DNA of 62,414 nucleotides, counting the filler. It is 5 parts of 5 records of this genome, joined end to end, with 100 filler letters (N's around TTAATTAATTAA, not from the genome) between each part and the next. Parts side by side here need not be neighbours in the genome. Positions count along the whole stretch, not along the records: positions 1 to 25,198 come from DRR723986_7745; positions 25,299 to 32,685 come from DRR723986_7752; 3 more parts are not named here. The stretch is one strand, 5' to 3'. Both the position numbers and the translations under genes were made by a program. The number at the start of each line of letters is the position of its first letter. Position 1 is the first letter of the stretch. This document shows, in pieces, positions 21,848-31,470 of the stretch. A model generated the notes under the pieces. It did not search any database. It was not told where the DNA came from and worked only from the letters and a program-made list of their open reading frames with translations.

Positions 21848-22429
21848 TTACATCATGGTTTGTGCAATGCCTTCAATATCCAGCGTCATTTGTACCGTGC
21901 GCGACGCGGGACCCAGGTCAAAGTCGATGCCAAAATCCTTCAGGGCGAATTCAGTGGTGCCGGTAAAGCCTTGGCGATAGCCGCCCCAGGGGTCTTTGCC
22001 GCCGCCAATTTCTGTCACATCAATACTAATTTCACGAGTTACGCCGTGTAGCGTCAGCTGGCCTTTCAGTTCGGCCTTCCCGTTACCCTTAGGGATAAAT
22101 GCAGTGCTTTCAAAGCGGGCCTGAGGATACTTCTCAACGTGAAGGAAGTCCTTGCCGCGCAAGTGCTTGTCGCGTTCGGCATGGTTGCTGTTGACGCTGG
22201 CAGTATCAATGACAACGGTCACATCCGAGTCTTCGGGCTTTTTGGGGTCGTAACTAAAGCGGCCTTCGAAGTCGTCAAAGCGACCGTGCAACCAGCTGTA
22301 GCCCAAGTGCTTGATCTTAAATTGAATGAAGGCGTGGGCGCCGGCGGTGTCGATTTTGTATTCAGTGGCGTGAAGGTTACCGCTCAGGCCAATGAGCAGG
22401 GCGGCGGTGAGTGAGAGTAAGGTTTTCAT
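21848..22429 (-). CDS. yceI: YceI family polyisoprenoid-binding protein
   Basis: Signal peptide; HAFIQFKIKHLGYSWL, NHAERDKHLR, LTLHGVT, DPWGG. Confidence 0.92.
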   Translation of the reverse strand: MKTLLSLTAALLIGLSGNLHATEYKIDTAGAHAFIQFKIKHLGYSWLHGRFDDFEGRFSYDPKKPEDSDVTVVIDTASVNSNHAERDKHLRGKDFLHVEKYPQARFESTAFIPKGNGKAELKGQLTLHGVTREISIDVTEIGGGKDPWGGYRQGFTGTTEFALKDFGIDFDLGPASRTVQMTLDIEGIAQTMM

Positions 22430-22470
22430 ACATACATCCTCTGTTATTGAGTGGTGAGCCAGTGCTGAAA

Positions 22471-23046
22471 CTACTTCGACCGCGAGTCCGGTGCTTGGTT
22501 GGCAAGTCCGAGCATTTTTTTCAGGGTGTTGTCGCGGTTGTAAAAATGGTGCTTGAGGGCCGCCAGTGCGTGCACACCGGCCAGCAATACAATGGCCCAG
22601 GCAAGAATCTCGTGAATCTCGCCGGCAACGTCTTCTTGGTTGGGCAGGTCCTGTACGGTAGCTGGCACACTAAACCAATTAAACACCTCGATGGCACGCC
22701 CGTCGGCGGTTGAGATCAGATAGCCAGCAAGCATCATCACGACCAGCATGGCATACAGGCCATAGTGGGTGAGGTGTGCGCTCAAACGCTCCCAGCGCGG
22801 GCTATTCGGTGGGCCCTGCGGTGTGGGGTTGGTCGCGCGCCACAGCAGGCGAAAGACCAGCAGCGCCAACAGGATAAGGCCGATGCTTTTATGAATATGG
22901 GGGGCGCGCTGGTACCAAGTGTCATAGTAGCCGAGGTCGCGCATCCACAAGCCGAGCCCGAACATGGCGAAAATGGCCAGGGCCATGCCCCAATGCAAGG
23001 CGATGCTTACCCAGCCGTAGCGGGTGCTGGTGTTTCTAAGGGGCAT
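22471..23046 (-). CDS. Cytochrome b561 (YceJ-like)
   Basis: LHW, HKSIG, HEILAW, HALAALKHH; adjacent to yceI. Confidence 0.92.
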   Translation of the reverse strand: MPLRNTSTRYGWVSIALHWGMALAIFAMFGLGLWMRDLGYYDTWYQRAPHIHKSIGLILLALLVFRLLWRATNPTPQGPPNSPRWERLSAHLTHYGLYAMLVVMMLAGYLISTADGRAIEVFNWFSVPATVQDLPNQEDVAGEIHEILAWAIVLLAGVHALAALKHHFYNRDNTLKKMLGLANQAPDSRSK

Positions 23047-23148
23047 AAGGCTCGCGTCTCCATACGATGACAATACGCCCAGTATAGATAGGGTGAGCTG
23101 ATAAAAAAGCGGATTTATCTGCGTTAATTTATCAGCTATTTCGATACA

Positions 23149-24027
23149 TTAACGACCGGCGAGCAAATTGGCGAGGCGGTCTACCTCGGCCAAATCGGCG
23201 CTGGCGGGCACCAATTGAATTTCGTCGCAACCGAGTGCTTCAATGGCGTCGAGCCCGTCGAGTATGGCCTTCGGGTCGTGCATGCGCATGGTTGCGGCGA
23301 CCTTTTCCGCTTCGGCGTCGCCGAAAATTTTCAGGTAGTCGAAAACATAGTCGCGCAGCGCCTGCTCACCATTGTCGGCCAGAGAGTACCAGAAACCACC
23401 CATGCGATAGGGTTTGTCGGGGCGCTGGCTGTTCGCCCAGGCTTGGTCGGCAGCCTTGAAAAAATAATCGATCAGCCCGGCGTCGCCGTCCATGGCAAAG
23501 CCATACAGGCCATCGGCCCACTTGGAAACGCGATCGATACTTTTGGGGCCCATCGCACCGGCGAGAATAGGCGGCCCACCCGCTTGCACGGGCTCGGGGC
23601 CAATCTCGTCATAGTCCTCGATTTGCTCTCCCCGCCATACCCGTTTCATCAACGCGATTTGATCGTCCATGCGTTGGAAGCGGCCTTTCATACTCGCGCC
23701 GAGTGCTTGGTAGTCTTTTTCACGACCACCCACGCCCACGGTGAGCGTGACGCGACCCTCTGAAAGAATATCCAGAGTGGCAATTTCTTTGGCGGCTTGA
23801 ACCGCGCTGTGCATGGGCAGCACATACAGTGCCGGGATAATGCGCACGCGCTCGGTACTGGCGGCAGCGAAAGCCAGTATGTTGCGCATTTCCATGCTGT
23901 AACCAGTGATGCGCTCACCACATGACAAGCTGTGGAAGGGGCCTTGGTCGATAATGCCGCACCAGTCTTTAAAGGTTTGACGGCTCAGGCCGCGTTTCAT
24001 ATAAGGAAGGCAAACGCCGATTTTCAT
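23149..24027 (-). CDS. LLM-class flavin-dependent oxidoreductase
   Basis: AKEIATLDILSEGRVTLTVGVG, GPEPVQAGGPPIL. Confidence 0.88.
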   Translation of the reverse strand: MKIGVCLPYMKRGLSRQTFKDWCGIIDQGPFHSLSCGERITGYSMEMRNILAFAAASTERVRIIPALYVLPMHSAVQAAKEIATLDILSEGRVTLTVGVGGREKDYQALGASMKGRFQRMDDQIALMKRVWRGEQIEDYDEIGPEPVQAGGPPILAGAMGPKSIDRVSKWADGLYGFAMDGDAGLIDYFFKAADQAWANSQRPDKPYRMGGFWYSLADNGEQALRDYVFDYLKIFGDAEAEKVAATMRMHDPKAILDGLDAIEALGCDEIQLVPASADLAEVDRLANLLAGR

Positions 24028-24163
24028 TGCTGTTCTCTTATAGTGTTTTTTTACCATTCTAGGCGGATGAAGCACTTAGCGACTCACCCAGAAAGAGGAT
24101 GCTATGAATACGCTAGTCTGCGCCTCGATGGCGTGCGATGATCCAGAAAACGGTGGAGGCTTT

Positions 24164-25150
24164 ATGAGCGAATCAATTATCTACGCCTTTATTTTCGATG
24201 GGCGAGGCGGCGCGCGGGCAATTACGCGAGAGGAAATTGACCTCTGGAAACCCGAGCAGGGCGTGCTCTGGGTGCACGTGGACTACAGCCACAGTGATAC
24301 GCGTTCGTGGTTGTCAGCCTTCGCGAGCCGTGAAGATATTACATCGCTGGATGATCTGGCTGTTGCCGCGCTGTTGGCCGAGGAAACACGCCCCCGCGCG
24401 GCGGCCCACAATGGCGGTCTGTTGATGGCGCTGCGCGGCGTTAATATGAACCCCAATGCCGACCCCGAAGATATGGTGTCGGTGCGTATATTTGCCGACG
24501 CCAATCATATTATTAGCTCGCGAAAGCGGCGCTTGCTGTCTATGGACGATGTGGTTGGTCGGTTTGCGCGTGGTGAGGGCCCGTGTTCTAGCGCGGAGTT
24601 TGTGGCACTGCTATGTGAGCGTTTGGTTAGCCGTATGGCCGGGCCAATAGAGGAAGCTGAAGATTGCGTGGATCTGTTGGAGGAGTCATTGCTGACGACG
24701 CCGCGCGCGCGACTCAGAAATCAATTGAGCGATTTGCGTCGCCAGGCAATATCACTGCGCCGTTACCTGGCGCCGCAGCGAGAGGCTCTGAACTGGATAT
24801 TAAGTGAACGTGTCGCCTGGTTTGATAATGATGCCCGGGCCACGGTTCGTGAATCCGGTGATCGCTTAGCGCAGTATATTGAAACGCTCGATAGTGTGCG
24901 TGAGCGCGCCGCCGTTACGCAAGAAGAATTGGTTAATCAAATTTCCGAAGAGTCGAACGCGCGCATGTATGTGCTGTCCATTGTTTCGGCGATATTTTTA
25001 CCGCTTGGCTTTGCTACCGGTTTATTAGGGGTGAATGTTGGCGGAATTCCGGGGGCGGATAATCAGCAAGCCTTTATGCTGTTCGTTGGCATGCTAATAG
25101 GCGTAGCGGTATTGATGTTGGTTTATTTTCGATATAAACGCTGGCTTTAA
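24164..25150 (+). CDS. zntB: ZntB/CorA family metal transporter
   Basis: LRGVNMNP..DPEDMVSVR, LRRYLAPQRE, GLLGVNVGGIPG, C-terminal TM pair. Confidence 0.88.
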   Translation: MSESIIYAFIFDGRGGARAITREEIDLWKPEQGVLWVHVDYSHSDTRSWLSAFASREDITSLDDLAVAALLAEETRPRAAAHNGGLLMALRGVNMNPNADPEDMVSVRIFADANHIISSRKRRLLSMDDVVGRFARGEGPCSSAEFVALLCERLVSRMAGPIEEAEDCVDLLEESLLTTPRARLRNQLSDLRRQAISLRRYLAPQREALNWILSERVAWFDNDARATVRESGDRLAQYIETLDSVRERAAVTQEELVNQISEESNARMYVLSIVSAIFLPLGFATGLLGVNVGGIPGADNQQAFMLFVGMLIGVAVLMLVYFRYKRWL

Positions 25151-25198
25151 GGCACCTCTGATTAATTTGGTAATGGCTCAGCGGAGCCTCTCGCGTGC

Positions 25199-25298
25199 NN
25201 NNNNNNNNNNNNNNNNNNNNNNNNNNNNNNNNNNNNNNNNNNTTAATTAATTAANNNNNNNNNNNNNNNNNNNNNNNNNNNNNNNNNNNNNNNNNNNN
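25199..25298. other. Artificial contig linker
   Basis: N44-TTAATTAATTAA-N44 (stop codons in all six frames). Confidence 0.98.
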
Positions 25299-25328
25299 AA
25301 AGTGTTACCTATGTCTCCGGGTCGGACA
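25299..25328. mobile_element. Probable IS481-like terminal inverted repeat remnant at the contig edge
   Basis: AAAGTGTTACCTATGTCTCCGGGTCGGACA ends in ACA (5'-TGT on the other strand) and resembles IS481-family ends as I recall them. Confidence 0.5.
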
Positions 25329-25338
25329 CAGAAACGAA

Positions 25339-25415
25339 TGGTGGGCCCGGCAGGATTTGAACCCGCGACCAAACCGTTATGAGCGGTCCGCTCTAACCAA
25401 CTGAGCTACAGGCCC
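25339..25415 (-). tRNA. tRNA with CAT anticodon, most likely tRNA-Ile2 (lysidine-modified)
   Basis: GGGCCTGTAGCTCAGTTGGTTAGAGCGGACCGCT-CAT-AACGGTTTGGTCGCGGGTTCAAATCCTGCCGGGCCCACCA forms a cloverleaf with encoded CCA. The paired G1-C72 excludes initiator tRNA. Confidence 0.92.
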
Positions 25416-25552
25416 ACCGAAACACCCGTTTAGGCGGGTGATGTGCGCCTTGCAATGGGCCTGATGAATCCGATCGAATCCCGTAACGGAGTCTTACCGC
25501 TCTTGTGGTTAACACCCTTAAACCCGGCGCGATTTTTGCTAGGTAGGGGACC

Positions 25553-26572
25553 ATGACACGCGTACTTGTCACCGGCGGAGCTGGATATATCGGATCGCAC
25601 ACCTGTGTGGAGCTTGTCTCGCGCGGGTACGAGCCCGTGATCGTGGACAATTTCGTCAATTCCTCACCGAAGGCGATCGACCGGATCTGCCAGTTGACCA
25701 ACTCGCCGGTGGAATGGTACGAGGCCGATGTTCGCGACACCGGCCGGATCGTCGAAATTCTCTCAAAGCATGATTGCGAAGCGGCCATCCACTTTGCTGG
25801 CCTGAAGGCTGTCGGCGAGTCGACGGAGAAACCACTCGAATATTACAGTGCCAATGTCACCGGCACGCAAAGCCTGATCCAGGCAATGCTGGAAGCGGGG
25901 GCAAGCCAGATCGTGTTCTCGTCCAGCGCGACGGTCTATGGCGAGCCGGAATTCCTGCCCTACACCGAATCCCACCGCCTGCGCCCGACGAACCCGTATG
26001 GCAACACGAAGCTCGCCGCAGAGATGCTGCTGAATGATGTGGCCGGATCCGGCGCGCTGACCGATGTCGCGATCCTCAGATACTTCAACCCGATCGGCGC
26101 GCATCCGAGCGGCATGATCGGCGAAGACCCGAACGACATTCCGAACAATCTGATGCCCTATGTGGCACAGGTTGCGGTGGGGCGCCGGCCTCGTCTGAAC
26201 GTGTTCGGCAATGACTATGACACGGCCGATGGGACCGGCGTGCGGGATTACCTCCACGTCGTGGACCTTGCCCGTGCGCACGTGCTGGCACTGGACCGGT
26301 TCCAGCATACACATGGCCCTTTCACCGTGAATATCGGCACGGGTCACGGCTTGTCTGTTCTCGATGTCGTCCGGGCGTTCGAAGCGGCGAGTGGCAAGTC
26401 CATCGCGATGGAATTCGCGCCGCGGCGGGCAGGCGACATCGCTGCCTTCTGGGCCGATGCGTCCCTCGCACAGGAACTGCTTGGCTGGCAGGCCGAGCGG
26501 ACGCTGGAAGACATGTGCCGCGATCAGTGGGCCTGGCAGAGCCAGAACCCGCACGGCTATGAAAACGCCTGA
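25553..26572 (+). CDS. galE: UDP-glucose 4-epimerase
   Basis: TGGAGYIGSH, HFAGLKAVGES, YGNTK, LRYFNPIGAH, PNNLMPY. Confidence 0.97.
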   Translation: MTRVLVTGGAGYIGSHTCVELVSRGYEPVIVDNFVNSSPKAIDRICQLTNSPVEWYEADVRDTGRIVEILSKHDCEAAIHFAGLKAVGESTEKPLEYYSANVTGTQSLIQAMLEAGASQIVFSSSATVYGEPEFLPYTESHRLRPTNPYGNTKLAAEMLLNDVAGSGALTDVAILRYFNPIGAHPSGMIGEDPNDIPNNLMPYVAQVAVGRRPRLNVFGNDYDTADGTGVRDYLHVVDLARAHVLALDRFQHTHGPFTVNIGTGHGLSVLDVVRAFEAASGKSIAMEFAPRRAGDIAAFWADASLAQELLGWQAERTLEDMCRDQWAWQSQNPHGYENA

Positions 26573-26662
26573 TTTGTCATTGGCCTGAGACACAATCGGA
26601 ACAAGATTGCCTCCCAGTGTGTTCGGTAGGACATTAGAGACAACTACCAATGGGAGATTCTC

Positions 26663-27463
26663 ATGCGCCGATTTTTGCCCCTCATCATATCGACCGCCGC
26701 CCTGGCGCTGATCGTGCCTCAGGCTGCCTGTGCCCAGATGCAGGGCCCGGCGCTCGGCCTCACACAGCAATCGGTGGCAGGCGCCTATCAGGCACCCAAT
26801 TCGATCCAGCCTGAAACCACGCTTTCGATCTCCGCCCAGTCGACCGTGAAACGCGAGCCCGACATTGCCTTCATCAATGCCGGGGTTCAGGCGGAAGGCG
26901 ACACGGCATCCGAGGCAATGGAATCGCAGGCCGAAGCCATGACCGGCGTGTTCGACGCGCTGGAAAAGGCCGGTGTCGCCAAGAAGGACATGCAGACCTC
27001 CAATTTCTCGCTCTGGCCGCGCTACACTTATATCGAGACCAAGCTGAAGGACGGCTCTTCCCGCGGCGAACAGAAGCTGATCGGCTACACGGCCTCCAAC
27101 CAGCTGACCATAAAGGTACGGGATCTCGACAGTCTGGGCACAATGCTCGACAGCCTGGTGAAGGCGGGTGGCAATACGTTCAATGGTCTGAATTTCGCGC
27201 TCGATGACAATACCGAAGTGCGTGACGAGGCCCGCCGCGAAGCCATGGCCATGGCCCGCGCCCGGGCAGACCTCTATGCCGAAGCGGCCGGTCTGCGCGT
27301 GCTGCGTATCGTGACAATCAGCGAAAGCGGAAACTACTCGCCTCAGCCCATGCCGATGGCGCGCATGGAAGCCATGGCGATGGACAAGGCCTCCACACCG
27401 ATGGCGGGCGGCGAAGTCGGCTACAGCGCGACGGTCAACGTGGTCTTCGAACTCGGCCAATAA
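26663..27463 (+). CDS. SIMPL (DUF541) domain protein
   Basis: Signal peptide; GYTASNQLTIKVRD, ARARADLYAEAAG, VNVVFEL. Confidence 0.9.
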   Translation: MRRFLPLIISTAALALIVPQAACAQMQGPALGLTQQSVAGAYQAPNSIQPETTLSISAQSTVKREPDIAFINAGVQAEGDTASEAMESQAEAMTGVFDALEKAGVAKKDMQTSNFSLWPRYTYIETKLKDGSSRGEQKLIGYTASNQLTIKVRDLDSLGTMLDSLVKAGGNTFNGLNFALDDNTEVRDEARREAMAMARARADLYAEAAGLRVLRIVTISESGNYSPQPMPMARMEAMAMDKASTPMAGGEVGYSATVNVVFELGQ

Positions 27464-27493
27464 GCCTTCGAGTAAGCTCCGGCGCAAGCCCGA

Positions 27494-28504
27494 TCAGACA
27501 TAGCCTTCGGCAAGCAGGTCCTTCATATCAATGATGCCGACCGGCTTGCCGTCGACTGTCACGAAGGCGTTCGAGATCCGCTGCTCGGTGAAAGTCTTGA
27601 TGACCGCAGACATGCGGTCGCCCGGGCTGAGCGCTTTCGGATTGGCGGTCATGATATTGGCGGCCGTGCCCGACAGCTTGCCGGCCAGCATGGCGCGGCG
27701 AAGGTCGCCGTCGGTGACCATGCCGATCAGGCGGCCATCCTCGTCGATCACGCCGACACAGCCCTTGCGGCCTTTGGAGACCGCCAGGATCACCTCGCGG
27801 ACATCGGCTGAGGTGCTGATGATCGGCATATGATCCGTTTTCGTCTCGATATAGTCGCCCGCAGTCTGCAGGGAGCGGCCCAGCTTGCCGCCCGGATGGC
27901 GGAAACCGAACTCTTCGCGCGAGAAGCCCCGGCGGGCCATCAACACAATGGTCAGCGCATCGCCAAGCGCCAGCGCCATGGTGGTTGAAGAAGTTGGTGC
28001 CAGGCCATTCGGGCAGGCTTCGGCCACGACCGGCATCTCCAGCAACACGTCGGAAGCGCGGCCCAGCGTCGACTCGGCAGAGCGCGTCATGCCGATCAAC
28101 GGGATGTTGTTGCCTTTGCAGAAGCGCAACAGATCCACCAGTTCGCGGCTTTCGCCGGAATAGGAAATCGCGATCACGACAGAGCCTGGCACGACCATGC
28201 CAAGGTCGCCATGGCTGGCCTCTGTCGGGTGCAGGAAGAAGCTCGGCGTTCCGGTTGAGGCGAGGCTGGCGGCGATCTTCTGGCCGATATGGCCCGATTT
28301 GCCGACGCCCGCGACAATCACATGCCGGTCGGTTGCCATGATCCGGTCCGCGGCTTCAGCGATGGACGGTCCGATACTGGCTTCCAGCTGCTCAAGCGCG
28401 TCCCGCTCGATGCGGATCGTGTTTCGGGCGAGGTCTAGGTCGGATTCTTTGGCCACGGGCGCTGCTCCTGCTGGATCGCGCGTGTTGTCCGGCAAGCCGG
28501 GCAT
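27494..28504 (-). CDS. kdsD: KpsF/GutQ arabinose-5-phosphate isomerase (SIS plus CBS)
   Basis: GVGKSGHIG, HPTEASHGDLG, APTSST, HPGGKLG, TDGDLRR. Confidence 0.92.
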   Translation of the reverse strand: MPGLPDNTRDPAGAAPVAKESDLDLARNTIRIERDALEQLEASIGPSIAEAADRIMATDRHVIVAGVGKSGHIGQKIAASLASTGTPSFFLHPTEASHGDLGMVVPGSVVIAISYSGESRELVDLLRFCKGNNIPLIGMTRSAESTLGRASDVLLEMPVVAEACPNGLAPTSSTTMALALGDALTIVLMARRGFSREEFGFRHPGGKLGRSLQTAGDYIETKTDHMPIISTSADVREVILAVSKGRKGCVGVIDEDGRLIGMVTDGDLRRAMLAGKLSGTAANIMTANPKALSPGDRMSAVIKTFTEQRISNAFVTVDGKPVGIIDMKDLLAEGYV

Positions 28505-28514
28505 GGTGACAACC

Positions 28515-29720
28515 CTACTTGGCCAGTTGGCGGCGGCGGTACTCTTCCGGCGAGAAAGCAGGCTCTTCGACAACGGGTGCTTCCGCGAAGTAACGCCCGA
28601 TCGATGTCTGCTCGGGATCGATGGGCATAGCGGTTTCCGCCGGCGCCGGTTCGGACTCGGCTACCAGAACAGGTGCATTCAGTACCGGCGGGGCCGGCGT
28701 ATCGTCTGCATCGCCCTGCGCCGAGGTTGCGTCGTCATTGTCGTTGGCGGCCATCTGTTTCGCTTCAGCCGCTTCGGTGGCCAGGATTACCGACAGAGGC
28801 TTGCCATTCAGCATCGGCTCGGCCGCCGCTTCCGGGCTCAGCGGTTCATCCAGCATGGCGAAGGCGAGGCGGGTCCGCAGCGCCGGGTCGTCGGCTGGCA
28901 GTGTGTAGGAGCTGAAGGCGGCTTCGATCAGGGCCTCGACGTGACGGTCGCGCGCACGGGCCGTCGTGCCGCCCAGCATCACGGCGATGATCCGGTGGCC
29001 GTCGCGCTTGGCGGAGGCCATCAGGTTGAAGCCTGAGGCGCGGGTGTAGCCGGTCTTGATGCCGTCCACGCCGTCCACATCGCCAAGAAGATTGTTGTGG
29101 TTCTTGTAAGTCTTGCGGCCCCAGGAGAACTGCTCGGTCGCGAAATAGTGATAATAGTCCGCATGATCGGTCAGCATGGCCTCGGCCAGGATGGCCATGT
29201 CGCGCGCTGTGGTCAGCTGCCGTGTATCGGGCAGGCCGGATGCGTTGACGAAACGGGTGTTCTCCAGCCCAAGCGACTTGGCCTTCACGGTCATCAGCTG
29301 GGCAAAGCGGCTCTCGGTTCCGCCCAGACGTTCGGCGACGACAACGGCGACATCGTTTGCAGACTTGGTGATCAGGGCGCCGATCGCGTCGCGCACAGTG
29401 ATACGGGAACCGGTTCTCAATTTGAGATTCGATGGGGCCTGGGCCGCGGCGTAGCGGGAAACGACCATGCGCTCATCCAGGGAGACTTCGCCGCTCTTGA
29501 GCGCGTCGAACAGCATGTAAAGCGTCATGACCTTGGTCAGGGAAGCGGGGTAGCGCGGTTCATCGGCGTGGCGATCATGCAGCACCTGCTGGGTGTCGGC
29601 ATCGATCACGATCGCGGCATATTTTTCTGCCAGAGCCGTCCCGCCACCGAACGCCATGACCATCATGATCGCTGCGGTGCACACGGCTCGGGTCAGGGCT
29701 GCGAAAGCGCGCAGGAACAT
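28515..29720 (-). CDS. D-Ala-D-Ala carboxypeptidase (peptidase S11)
   Basis: PASLTK, SAN, KTG motifs; acidic low-complexity C-terminal tail. Confidence 0.93.
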   Translation of the reverse strand: MFLRAFAALTRAVCTAAIMMVMAFGGGTALAEKYAAIVIDADTQQVLHDRHADEPRYPASLTKVMTLYMLFDALKSGEVSLDERMVVSRYAAAQAPSNLKLRTGSRITVRDAIGALITKSANDVAVVVAERLGGTESRFAQLMTVKAKSLGLENTRFVNASGLPDTRQLTTARDMAILAEAMLTDHADYYHYFATEQFSWGRKTYKNHNNLLGDVDGVDGIKTGYTRASGFNLMASAKRDGHRIIAVMLGGTTARARDRHVEALIEAAFSSYTLPADDPALRTRLAFAMLDEPLSPEAAAEPMLNGKPLSVILATEAAEAKQMAANDNDDATSAQGDADDTPAPPVLNAPVLVAESEPAPAETAMPIDPEQTSIGRYFAEAPVVEEPAFSPEEYRRRQLAK

Positions 29721-29867
29721 TCAGGTCTCCCGACATGTTAACCCCGGCCCTCCGGGATTTAACTTAGAATCGTGCAAATCCCTTGACCACACCTTAACGG
29801 CACAAGGTGGGCCGGATTGCGCAATCGTAATAAAACCGATGCAAAAAACGTGCACGCCGCCTTATGT

Positions 29868-29879
29868 TGCAGCGCACAA
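29868..29879 (+). promoter_or_regulatory. PhaR-like operator upstream of the phasin gene
   Basis: TGCAGCGCACAA fits the alphaproteobacterial PhaR consensus TGCRNYGCASMA as I recall it, about 90 nt before the phasin start. Confidence 0.6.
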
Positions 29880-29966
29880 AAATATATTGCGATCGCGAAG
29901 AAAAAGCGCTATATGTTTTCGTAGGGTAAGCGCAGGGTAGTACAAGTTAGTACAAAGGAACGATCG

Positions 29967-30392
29967 ATGACGAAGGCAAAGACCGCTGGCACCGCAAAAC
30001 GCGCAAAAGCTGAAGCGAGTGCAGCGATGGACACCACCACCAAGATGCTCGACGAGACCATGGGACAATTTTCCGGTTTCGCTGGCATGTTCGGCGAGTA
30101 TGCTGAATCCGGCCTGAAAGCTTTCAGCGAGCGCACGGCGGCTTCGACCGACATGGCGCGCCAGCTGGGCAGCCGGAACATGGATTTCTTCACCAGGTCG
30201 CTGGAACAGGGCGTTGAAGCCACCCAGGCGATCACGTCGGCGAAAGATGTTCGCGAAGTGATGGAAATCCAGGCAGGATTTGCGAAATCCATGTTTTCCG
30301 CATATACTAAGGAAATGAACGCGCAGGCAGAACTCTGCATGTCTGCATGGCGCGACGCAGCAAAGCCGTTCATGGCGTTCGCTGCGAAATAA
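29967..30392 (+). CDS. Phasin family protein
   Basis: Amphipathic helical protein with SAKDVREVMEIQAGFAK; usual dac/phasin/clpS/clpA context. Confidence 0.8.
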   Translation: MTKAKTAGTAKRAKAEASAAMDTTTKMLDETMGQFSGFAGMFGEYAESGLKAFSERTAASTDMARQLGSRNMDFFTRSLEQGVEATQAITSAKDVREVMEIQAGFAKSMFSAYTKEMNAQAELCMSAWRDAAKPFMAFAAK

Positions 30393-30442
30393 GCTTCTGG
30401 GATCGGGCCGCGAGGCCTGATTGTAGAGTGCAGTAGACTGGA

Positions 30443-30473
30443 AAGAGCCGGACCTGATTGGTCCGGTTCTTTT
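30443..30473 (+). terminator. Intrinsic terminator after the phasin gene
   Basis: AAGAGCCGGACC-loop-GGTCCGGTTCTTTT. Confidence 0.7.
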
Positions 30474-30557
30474 GTTCCGGAAACGTGTTTCCGCCGGTCC
30501 ATGCCCGGGAAAAATGCCCGAAAAACAGGATTGGCGAGTCTCGCCGTGCACGGTTAG

Positions 30558-30977
30558 ATGCCTCTCATGTCACGATTGCCTGATCTGATTGAGTTTCCGG
30601 CGTTGAAGCGCCCCGCCCGGCCGAACAATTGCCTCGTGGCGCCGGAGGGGTTCACCGGCATGGTTCGGATCGATGAGGCGGCGCCTGTCTTCGACAAGAC
30701 GCCGAAGCAGGTCTTCAATGTCGTGATGGACCTGGTGCTGGAACGGGTCGAGTGGCGCTTGCGCGCCTCGGACCCTGATACGCTGCGGATATCGTTCATT
30801 GCGGTGACCCCGCTGATGAAATTCAAGGACGATGTCTACGTGCAGGCTGTGCCTGTGGACGGGCAGGCGGACCGCTCCAGCGTGGCGATCTATTCCGGTT
30901 CCCGTCTTGGCTATTCCGATCTCGGAACCAATGCCAAACGGGTGAAGGAACTGCTCGAATTGATAGGTACTCGCTGA
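30558..30977 (+). CDS. DUF1499 domain protein
   Basis: RPNNCL, TPLMKFKDDV, SRLGYSDLGTNAKRV. Confidence 0.85.
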   Translation: MPLMSRLPDLIEFPALKRPARPNNCLVAPEGFTGMVRIDEAAPVFDKTPKQVFNVVMDLVLERVEWRLRASDPDTLRISFIAVTPLMKFKDDVYVQAVPVDGQADRSSVAIYSGSRLGYSDLGTNAKRVKELLELIGTR

Positions 30978-31063
30978 GCACGCCTGCCCTAAAAGCAGGC
31001 AGGAAATGAATTTGCGGCCTGTCACATCTTCAATCTTGCCCTGAACCGTATATCTTAAGACTC

Positions 31064-31444
31064 ATGAGCAAGGGCATTCCGCATTTCCGAATGAACGATC
31101 CCGAGCCGCCGGCACCGCCCGGCGACGGAGGAACTGGCGATGACGGGATCGAGTATGGCCTGTCCACGCAAACGCGTGTGCGGACCAAGAAACCCTCGCT
31201 CTATCGTGTGCTTTTGCTCAATGATGACTACACGCCGATGGAATTCGTCGTGTTCATTCTCGAACGGTTCTTCAACCGGTCGCGCGAGCAGGCGACCCGC
31301 ATCATGCTTCACGTGCATCAGAAGGGTGTCGGACTGTGCGGGGTCTACACATATGAGGTGGCCGAAACAAAGGTTGCCCAGGTGCTTGACCTTGCGAAGC
31401 GGCACGAACACCCTCTCCAATGTGTCATGGAGAAAGACGACTAG
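31064..31444 (+). CDS. clpS: Clp protease adaptor ClpS
   Basis: [35 protein letters not shown]. Confidence 0.97.
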   Translation: MSKGIPHFRMNDPEPPAPPGDGGTGDDGIEYGLSTQTRVRTKKPSLYRVLLLNDDYTPMEFVVFILERFFNRSREQATRIMLHVHQKGVGLCGVYTYEVAETKVAQVLDLAKRHEHPLQCVMEKDD

Positions 31445-31470
31445 ACCTCTAACCCCGGAAGGCTTCCACA

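Noticed and set aside
25243-25254. TTAATTAATTAA as a biological repeat or CtrA site
   Set aside because: Identical in all four N-flanked gaps; a synthetic linker.
25339-25415. tRNA as the attachment site for the prophage
   Set aside because: It is on a different contig, and Mu-like phages integrate by transposition.
25763-27487. 574-aa minus-strand ORF, and similar long antisense ORFs such as 31441-32592, 36591-37667, 43300-44385 and 45505-46470
   Set aside because: They overlap well-supported genes on the opposite strand and lack motifs, as expected from high-GC codon bias.
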